64,000 bases of DNA. Origin: an uncultured Ignavibacteriales bacterium. GTDB lineage: Bacteria; Zixibacteria; MSB-5A5; GN15; FEB-12. This document shows positions 57,687 to 64,000 of the stretch, piece after piece (the first letter of the stretch is position 1; every line of letters begins with the position of its first letter). Below the pieces are notes generated by a model. The model was not told the origin of the DNA, searched no databases, and worked only from the letters and a program-made list of their open reading frames with translations. The stretch is taken from positions 10,487 through 74,486 of the forward strand of contig CAZCZL010000012.1 in assembly GCA_964503315.1 (NCBI GenBank), read 5' to 3'. A program made the position numbers and the translations under genes.

Positions 57687-59102
57687 CTACTTGAGGCCGC
57701 GCGCGGTCTTTACTATCAATTCCCAGGCGGCCTCGACATCTTCGCGGGTCACCTGTGTCTGAGCGGTCACCATCCGAAGCGTGTAGTTTCCGCGCAATTT
57801 GGTATGGGTCATGTAGAGTTTGCCGGTCGCGTTCAGGGTCGCGATAAGACGCTCGTTCAATTGATTCAGCGCGGCCTGGTCATCGATCCCTCGCGGGTGG
57901 TACCGGAAACAGACCAGACTCAGCGGAGCGGGAGCCAGCATTTCAAAGTCATCCGAGTTCTTTATCTGTTCGACCACCCAGCGACTCAACGCGATATGTT
58001 CGCGAATTATCCGCTGCAGACCCTCCACCCCGTATGATCGGATAACAAACCAGAGTTTGAGCGCACGGAAACGTCGCCCGAGCGGGATGCCCCAATCGCG
58101 ATAGTTGTTCACCCTGTCAGCTTCCGCGGTCTTAAGATATTCGGGGAGGATCTCAAACGTGCGTATCAATGCCTCTTTGTCGCGGACGAAATAGGCAGAG
58201 CAATCAAAGTTTGTGAGCATCCACTTGTGCGGATTGAAAACAAAGCTATCGGCCAGTTCGAGGCCTTCACTCATCCATCGCATTTCCGGGAGCAAAAGCG
58301 CGTTGCCGGCGAAGGCCGCGTCGACATGCAGCCATATCGCCTGTTGCACGCAGATATCCGCGATCTGCTTGATCGGATCGATAGCGGTGGAGCCGGTGGT
58401 ACCTATGGTAGCGATAACGCAGAGCGGGGTGAGTCCGGCGGCTTTGTCCTGAAGGATCGCCTTCTCCAGTTCCGACGGGATCATGGCGAATTTGTCATCG
58501 ACGGCGATCTGCCGAAGATTCTGCCGCCCAAAACCGGCGATCTTGACTCCCTTTTCGATCGAAGAATGCGTTTCGGTCGAGCAATAGAGCACGAACTTCT
58601 GTTCGGAGAAACCGCAGTCGTTGATGCGATAGTTGGATCTCTTCTCTCGCGCGGTCAGCATCGCGCAGAGGGTTGCGGTCGAGGCGGTATCCTGGATCAC
58701 GCCTTCGAATCCGGCGGGGAGGCCGATCATCTTGCCGAGCCATTGCATCATCCGTTCCTCGAGCTCCGCGGCGGCGGGTGAAGTTTGCCAGAGCATACAC
58801 TGCGCGCCTAGAGTGGCGGTCAGCATCTCCGCCAGCACAGATGGCGCGCTGGAGTTGGCCGGGAAATAGGCGAAAAATGACGGGTGTTGCCAGTGGGTGA
58901 CGCCGGGGAGAATATCCTTCTGAAAGTCAGCAAAGATGTCGTGGAAAGAGGTTCCTTCGGCCGGAGGCGCTAGCGGGATCTTGCCAATGATCTCCCCCGG
59001 TTTGACCGTGGATTTGACGGGATAGTGACGGACATCTTCAAGATAATCCGCCATCCAATCGACCAGCTTGTGCCCCTCGGTTCGAAAGCGTTGCGTATCC
59101 AT
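57687..59102 (-). CDS. aromatic-L-amino-acid decarboxylase-like group II PLP decarboxylase
   Basis: Motifs are FRTEGHKLVDWMADYLEDVRHYPV, GVTHWQHPSFFAYFPANSS, DAAFAGNALL and FNPHKWMLTNFDCS (PLP lysine). The start is at the ATG at 59102. Confidence 0.85.
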   Translation of the reverse strand: MDTQRFRTEGHKLVDWMADYLEDVRHYPVKSTVKPGEIIGKIPLAPPAEGTSFHDIFADFQKDILPGVTHWQHPSFFAYFPANSSAPSVLAEMLTATLGAQCMLWQTSPAAAELEERMMQWLGKMIGLPAGFEGVIQDTASTATLCAMLTAREKRSNYRINDCGFSEQKFVLYCSTETHSSIEKGVKIAGFGRQNLRQIAVDDKFAMIPSELEKAILQDKAAGLTPLCVIATIGTTGSTAIDPIKQIADICVQQAIWLHVDAAFAGNALLLPEMRWMSEGLELADSFVFNPHKWMLTNFDCSAYFVRDKEALIRTFEILPEYLKTAEADRVNNYRDWGIPLGRRFRALKLWFVIRSYGVEGLQRIIREHIALSRWVVEQIKNSDDFEMLAPAPLSLVCFRYHPRGIDDQAALNQLNERLIATLNATGKLYMTHTKLRGNYTLRMVTAQTQVTREDVEAAWELIVKTARGLK

Positions 59103-59186
59103 AGCTTCTCCTCTTGCGTCATCGTAAGATAGGCTACGAAACAACAACCTGCCAGTGGTTTACTATCGATTGAGGCGCGCCGGAAA

Positions 59187-59696
59187 TCACTCGGCGCGTT
59201 TATAGAATATCTGCCACTTCATCTCCCAGGTTGCGCCGTTGTCGGTCGAGGCTTGCCAATCCCACACGAAACTGTCCGCGGCAATATCATGGAAGACCAT
59301 TCGCTGTATAACCTCGGTGCCGTCTCGTTTAGTGATCGTGCGCGACAAGGTCATGCGATCATTTGCCCAGCCGCCGGTGAAGACCATATAGCCGCCCGAA
59401 TTGTCGACCCAGGTCTGGCGCCAGAGTCTTGCCTGTGGGTCATAGACGGAGACGGACATCCCGGCAAATCCATTGGGAGCGAGATCCCGGAATTGCTCCT
59501 GAATGACGCAGTTGCCAAGCGGCTTGGTGATATGATTGGTTCCTTGGCCGGAGTCTGCCCAAGTGAGATCCCACTGCCCGAGCCAGAAATCGAACTGCGA
59601 TGCTTCTGGCGAGGAGCATGGCGGTGGCGTACTGTCGGTCGGCTGTTGTGCCGCAACAGTGGTCGCGAACACTAGAAGAAAGAGTGCTCTTAACAT
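59187..59696 (-). CDS. small secreted protein of unknown function (possibly DUF1579-like beta-barrel)
   Basis: It has a signal peptide (MLRALFLLVFATTVAAQ), FDFWLGQWDL and WVDNSGGYMVFTGGW. The family assignment is uncertain. Confidence 0.45.
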   Translation of the reverse strand: MLRALFLLVFATTVAAQQPTDSTPPPCSSPEASQFDFWLGQWDLTWADSGQGTNHITKPLGNCVIQEQFRDLAPNGFAGMSVSVYDPQARLWRQTWVDNSGGYMVFTGGWANDRMTLSRTITKRDGTEVIQRMVFHDIAADSFVWDWQASTDNGATWEMKWQIFYKRAE

Positions 59697-59845
59697 GCTT
59701 GTCCCCTTTCAGATAGGTGTATTACCCCTTAGACGCACACGAGAGCCAAAAGGTGCAGGCAAAACTGCTTGCTCTGGACCGATGATACTGTTTATTGTGC
59801 GGCAATGCATGGACTATAATAGTCTATGAAACTGAAGGACTTCCG

Positions 59846-60667
59846 GTGACCAAACCGCTCTCATTGCTGACTGTCCTGGCCCACCCGGACGACGAATCGC
59901 TCGGGATGGGGGGAACACTCGCCCGTTACGGAGACGAAGGGATAGCGACCTATCTCATCTGTGCGACCCGAGGCGAGCGCGGGCGCTATTTCGACGCCGT
60001 CGAGAAGCCGCCGATCGAAGTGGTCGCGCAGATGCGGGAGAATGAACTTCGCGCCGCAGCCAAGGAACTGGGGATCAGGGATGTCAGCTTTCTGGATTAT
60101 CTCGACAAGGATCTGGATCAGGCGGACCCGGTGGAGGCGATTTCAAAGATCGCTGCGCATATCCGACGGCTCAAACCAGATGTGGTCACGACATTCGGCC
60201 CGGATGGCGCATACGGGCACCCTGACCATGTAGCGATCTCGCAGTTCACGGCCGCGGCCTGTATCGCCGCGGCGGACCCATCGTATCATGGGTCAGCGCA
60301 TGTACCGATGCCGGCTGAGACGCATCGAGTGGCGAAGCTATATTACATGGTCTGGACGCCGGGGAAAATGGCGGCCTATATGAGCGCATTTCGGGAACTG
60401 AAGATCATGGTCGATGGAGTCGAACGAGCCGGCACCGCATGGCCGGAATGGGAGATAACGACGGTGATCAACACGGCGGCGCACTGGCCGCAGGTCTGGC
60501 GGGCGATAAGCCATCACCAGACACAATTGACCATCTATACAAAACTGCAGGGTCTCGGCGAGGAAGACCACAAGCAGTTGTGGGGCTCGCAGGAGTTTTA
60601 TCGCGTCTTCAGCCTGGTTAATGGCGGGCGGACACGGGAAACAGATCTGTTCGAAGGGCTGCGTTAG
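59846..60667 (+). CDS. PIG-L/LmbE-family N-acetylglucosaminyl deacetylase
   Basis: The AHPDDE zinc-binding motif occurs as LLTVLAHPDDESLGMGGTLA, and HPDH as YGHPDHVAISQ. The start is placed at the GTG at 59846, 6 nt after gaagga. The maximal ORF starts at 59795. Confidence 0.8.
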   Translation: MTKPLSLLTVLAHPDDESLGMGGTLARYGDEGIATYLICATRGERGRYFDAVEKPPIEVVAQMRENELRAAAKELGIRDVSFLDYLDKDLDQADPVEAISKIAAHIRRLKPDVVTTFGPDGAYGHPDHVAISQFTAAACIAAADPSYHGSAHVPMPAETHRVAKLYYMVWTPGKMAAYMSAFRELKIMVDGVERAGTAWPEWEITTVINTAAHWPQVWRAISHHQTQLTIYTKLQGLGEEDHKQLWGSQEFYRVFSLVNGGRTRETDLFEGLR

Positions 60668-60695
60668 CGGTATCGATACAAGCGATTGAGGAGTT

Positions 60696-62210
60696 ATGAG
60701 CATGTCAGTTCAGAGTAAGCAGACAGGCAGTCGCCATGCGGCGGTAGAACTTTCCGGCGATCAGTTTCGTGAGATGGGGCACCGTCTGGTTGACCAGATC
60801 GCGGAGATGTTGGAGACGATGAGGGAACGCCCAGTCACGCCATCGCCGGAGCCAGCGGATATTCGTCGGATGATACACTCTCCCCGCCCGTTGCCGATGG
60901 AGGGGTCCGACCCGAAGCAACTTCTCGAGAATGCGACTTCGCTGCTCATGAATAACTCGCTCTACAACGGACATCCAAATTTCTGGGGATATGTCACCGC
61001 CGGTTCCGCGCCAATGGGGATACTCGCTGATTTTCTCGCCGCGGCGGTCAACCCGAATTGTGGTGGATGGACCCTTTCGCCGGTTGGCTCGGAGATCGAG
61101 TCGCAGTCGGTGCAGTGGATCGCCGATCTTATCGGTTACCCCACAGATTGCGGGGGCCTTCTGGTCAGCGGCGGAAATATGGCGAACTTCGTCGGTTTCC
61201 TGGCGGCTCGTGTCGCCAAAACTGATTGGGATGTTCGAGAAAAAGGATTGGCTTCACCTACAGCGAAGAAACTGATCGTCTACTGTTCGGCTGAAACACA
61301 TACGTGGGTGCAAAAGGCCGCCGACCTGTTCGGGATCGGAACCGACTCCATTCGCTGGATTCCGACTGACAAAAAGCTCCGCATGGATACCAACGCGCTT
61401 CGCACACAGATAGAGAGCGATCTGTCGTTTGGTCTCAAGCCGTTCTTTGTCGCTGGAACCGGGGGCTCGGTCAGTACGGGCGCGGTCGATCCACTGTATG
61501 AGATCGCGGCGATCTGTCGCAAGTATGACCTTTGGTTTCATGTCGACGGCGCGTACGGCGGTTTTGCAGCCAAAGTGAACGGTGTCCCGACCGACCTGAA
61601 GGGATTGAGCGAGGCGGATTCGGTCGCGGTCGACCCGCATAAGTGGCTGTATATGCCGCTCGAAGCGGGGTGCGCGCTGGTGCGTGACCGAGAGACAATG
61701 ATCAAAGCGTTCTCTTATCACCCGCCGTATTACCATTTCGATCCGGAGCGCGTCAACTATGTTGATTTTGGCATGCAGAACTCGCGCGGATTCCGCGCGC
61801 TGAAGATCTGGCTGACCATGCAGCAGGTCGGACGGGCGGGATATCTAAAGATGATCGAGGATGATATTCGACTTTCTGAAGAGATGTTCCGCGCGGTCAA
61901 GCTCCAGCCGGAGTTGGAACCGTTCACACAGGGATTGAGTATCGCGACTTTCCGATATGTCCCGTCAGATCTGAGAGCGAAGATCCAGGAGCCGGAGACG
62001 CTTGAATATCTGAACAAGCTGAATGAAGAGATCATGCTGGCGATCGAAAAAAGCGGGAAGGCGTTTGTCTCCCCCGCGCGGCTTGACGGGGTCTTTGTCT
62101 TGCGGGCCTGTATTGTGAATTTCCGCACGAGCATAGAAGATGTGCAGGCATTCCCGGGGCTGGTTTGCCGTCTTGGGCGGGAGGTTGACGACAAACTGCG
62201 GATGGCCTGA
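60696..62210 (+). CDS. group II pyridoxal-dependent decarboxylase (second copy, divergent)
   Basis: The RBS gaggag lies upstream. Motifs are NGHPNFWGYVTAGSAP, LLVSGGNMANFVG, HVDGAYGGFA and VDPHKWLYMPLEAGC (PLP lysine). Confidence 0.8.
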   Translation: MSMSVQSKQTGSRHAAVELSGDQFREMGHRLVDQIAEMLETMRERPVTPSPEPADIRRMIHSPRPLPMEGSDPKQLLENATSLLMNNSLYNGHPNFWGYVTAGSAPMGILADFLAAAVNPNCGGWTLSPVGSEIESQSVQWIADLIGYPTDCGGLLVSGGNMANFVGFLAARVAKTDWDVREKGLASPTAKKLIVYCSAETHTWVQKAADLFGIGTDSIRWIPTDKKLRMDTNALRTQIESDLSFGLKPFFVAGTGGSVSTGAVDPLYEIAAICRKYDLWFHVDGAYGGFAAKVNGVPTDLKGLSEADSVAVDPHKWLYMPLEAGCALVRDRETMIKAFSYHPPYYHFDPERVNYVDFGMQNSRGFRALKIWLTMQQVGRAGYLKMIEDDIRLSEEMFRAVKLQPELEPFTQGLSIATFRYVPSDLRAKIQEPETLEYLNKLNEEIMLAIEKSGKAFVSPARLDGVFVLRACIVNFRTSIEDVQAFPGLVCRLGREVDDKLRMA

Positions 62211-62457
62211 CATGGTCATCGTCGGCCCAATAGGTCGTTAATTGGACTCAAAAGTATAGATTCCATCCGCTGATGCCGGGTCATTTCCGCCACAATTCGA
62301 GGTTCAGGCCGGGATTAATCCTGGTTGGGGGAACAAATCGTTCCAACAACTTGTAAAAGAACGACTCTCATTAATAGTGATAAGGAGCTTGCCGAGCGCG
62401 TTTGATATTGAGACCATAACCTGTCCTTGAACCCTCTGATATAATGAGGAGATCGGT

Positions 62458-62961
62458 TTGAAAACACGGGCACTCAGTATCACCATCTGTCTGGCAACTC
62501 TTCTGCTGGTCGCGGCGACAATCGTCGCCAAGCCGAAATCCGGCCCCCCTCCCCTTCAGCAAATTGGCAATCCCTGGGTCGACTCCAGCAAGGCCGCGGG
62601 AAAGGTCGTCTATCTGGACTTTTTCGCGTCCTGGTGCGCTCCCTGCGCTTTGTCTTTTCCTTTCATGAAGGAACTGAACAAGGTCTACGCCGACAGCGGA
62701 CTTGTGATCATCGCTGTTGATCTCGACAAGGATTCAAGCGAGGCATCTGCCTTTATCGAAAGGATGCGGCCCCCCTTTCAGATAGTACGCGATCCGGAAG
62801 GCACGCTGGCGAAACGCTTTGACCTTAAAGCGATGCCGACCTCATATCTCTACGCTCCCGATGGCACGGTTCGCTCGGTACATCAGGGGTTCACACCCGC
62901 CGATACATCAGAGATTCGCGCGAGTATTATCGCGCTGTTGCATGAAACGAGGAAACCATGA
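62458..62961 (+). CDS. TlpA-family periplasmic thiol:disulfide oxidoreductase
   Basis: TTG start. It has a signal/anchor helix and LDFFASWCAPC (a CxxC in a thioredoxin fold), plus LKAMPTSYLYAPDG. Confidence 0.75.
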   Translation: MKTRALSITICLATLLLVAATIVAKPKSGPPPLQQIGNPWVDSSKAAGKVVYLDFFASWCAPCALSFPFMKELNKVYADSGLVIIAVDLDKDSSEASAFIERMRPPFQIVRDPEGTLAKRFDLKAMPTSYLYAPDGTVRSVHQGFTPADTSEIRASIIALLHETRKP

Positions 62962-63191
62962 GAACGAAACGCTCGATCCTTTTATTCGCCATTCTCTCTG
63001 TTACACTGCTTGGTTTGAGCAGTTGCGCGCCGGTCGGTGTGAAACCGTGGGAGCGAGATATCATGGCCAAGCCCTCGATGCAACTGGATAACGCGGCAGT
63101 CGATCGTGGTCTCGATGACCATATCTATTTCAGCAAGGAAGCCTCGAGTGGTGGACGTGGATTCGGCGGGGGTGGCTGCGGATGCAACTGA
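62958..63191 (+). CDS. DUF4266-like small lipoprotein ending in GGGGCGCN
   Basis: 77 aa with a lipobox (LLGLSSC) and KPWERDIMAKPSM. The tail is Gly-rich and ends in Cys-Gly-Cys-Asn. It overlaps both neighbours (4 nt and 10 nt). Confidence 0.65.
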   Translation: MRTKRSILLFAILSVTLLGLSSCAPVGVKPWERDIMAKPSMQLDNAAVDRGLDDHIYFSKEASSGGRGFGGGGCGCN

Positions 63192-64000
63192 CCAAACCGC
63201 GCTCTGTCGCCAAGGCGGCGGCCGCACTTGCGACTGTCCTGCTCGGTGGAAATCTGGTGGCCGGTTCTGTACCCGGCAAAGTGGAGTCCTCGCTGCTCTT
63301 GTATAGCGAAACTAATCGAGTCAAGGCGGCCGAAGGAGTCGTGGCTGGGACATTTTTCCTGAAGGGGGATCGCGTATTCTCCGCCAAGCTGACCTTTGAT
63401 GGCCTGACCGGAGCATCACCGAACGGTGCGACGATATCTCGCCAGATCCAGACTTTCACGCGGCCATCGGGTAATGGGAGTTATACTATCCGGCCGGGGG
63501 ACCGTCCATTGGATGATACCTTCAAGGATACGCGCTACGCGCTTGATATTGGATTATCTCAGCCGCTTGGCCGACTCAATATGCTTAATCTGGGTGGGCA
63601 TTTCTCCACCGAGCATGACTATACTTCGGTTGGTGTCAACGCCGGGCTGAGTCGTGAGTTCTTTGACAAGAATACGACACTTGGTATTTCGGGCAGTTAT
63701 GCGCATGAGCTGGTGCGTACGGTCGGCGGAACACACATTCCGCTCAGCTCGATGCCTCCTGCGACCGATGACGGCGGCAGCGAGGGTGAGGATGACGATG
63801 AAGGTGGCGCTGAAGGGAACGAGAAAAAAGATGTGGTCGACATGCTGGTCGGGATCACGCAGATACTCGACCGCAAAACGATCTTTCGCGCCAATTATTC
63901 GTACGGCCGCGTGACGGGATATCTGAATGACCCGTACAAGCTGCTATCCGTGGTCGAAGCGCCGACCGGCGTGAATCCCGGAGAGCCGGTTGACTATCTC
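63182..64000 (+). CDS. DUF3570-like outer-membrane beta-barrel protein (3' partial, runs off window end)
   Basis: This ORF is not in the supplied track. I translated it by hand from the ATG at 63182 and it stays open to nt 64000 (273 codons): MQLTKPRSVAKAAAALATVLLGG...LLLYSETNRVKAAEGV...LTFDGLTGASPNGA...YSYGRVTGYLNDPYK. It has alternating beta-strand character. Confidence 0.6.
   Translation, partial: MQLTKPRSVAKAAAALATVLLGGNLVAGSVPGKVESSLLLYSETNRVKAAEGVVAGTFFLKGDRVFSAKLTFDGLTGASPNGATISRQIQTFTRPSGNGSYTIRPGDRPLDDTFKDTRYALDIGLSQPLGRLNMLNLGGHFSTEHDYTSVGVNAGLSREFFDKNTTLGISGSYAHELVRTVGGTHIPLSSMPPATDDGGSEGEDDDEGGAEGNEKKDVVDMLVGITQILDRKTIFRANYSYGRVTGYLNDPYKLLSVVEAPTGVNPGEPVDYL

Noticed and set aside
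59812-59824. The palindrome gactat-a-atagtc upstream of the PIG-L gene shares its outer hexamers with the ArsR-type operator at 37255-37286.
   Set aside because: The spacing is completely different (1 nt versus 20 nt between the hexamers). The element also overlaps a TATAAT-like box. The shared 6-mers are most likely coincidence.
56594-63191. Possible selenocysteine (in-frame TGA) recoding in the redox genes (MsrB-MsrA, TlpA, peroxiredoxin, thioredoxin-like proteins).
   Set aside because: All redox-active positions are encoded as Cys (GCGWPSF, GGCFWG, WCAPC, GGCTKEVC, GCPKC). The ORFs are uninterrupted and of normal length.

Overview
This 64 kb window is mostly high-GC (roughly 55-70% in sampled lines) chromosomal sequence. 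I call about 55 protein genes and one tRNA-Leu(TAG). I found no rRNA, CRISPR array, transposase, integrase, reverse transcriptase or phage genes. Several gene families point to an uncultured FCB-superphylum-like bacterium (Zixibacteria-like or a relative): DUF5683, DUF5916/CBM9-like, DUF3857-transglutaminase pairs, and a T9SS-type C-terminal sorting domain. That taxonomic placement is inference only.

Recognisable core blocks:
- kbl plus a divergent alpha-oxoamine synthase paralog
- icd, a secreted peroxiredoxin, mgtE and a UbiA-family prenyltransferase
- an HD-GYP/HEAT gene pair
- gmd-rmd plus a nucleotide-sugar dehydrogenase
- an ECF sigma/anti-sigma pair and pcrA
- tRNA-Leu followed by tig-clpP-clpX
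- tamA-like/tamB
- msrB-msrA fusion

Most unusual items:
1. A sharply low-GC single-gene insertion (2764-4284). It encodes a zinc-ribbon, pentapeptide-repeat, C-terminal membrane-domain protein and is bracketed by two copies of one short hairpin.
2. An orphan eight-heme HAO-family cytochrome c (50376-51623).
3. An ArsR-controlled five-gene thiol/permease operon with a perfect 13-bp-arm palindromic operator (37255-40384).
4. A Ser/Thr kinase fused to an alpha/beta-hydrolase-like domain.
5. Two group II PLP decarboxylases flanking a PIG-L deacetylase.
6. A TlpA-DUF4266-DUF3570 triad whose small lipoprotein ends in GGGGCGCN.
7. A REP/MITE-like 22-nt repeat family.

I do not see one clear-cut novel multi-gene system. 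All functional calls come from by-eye motif recognition, with no database search.
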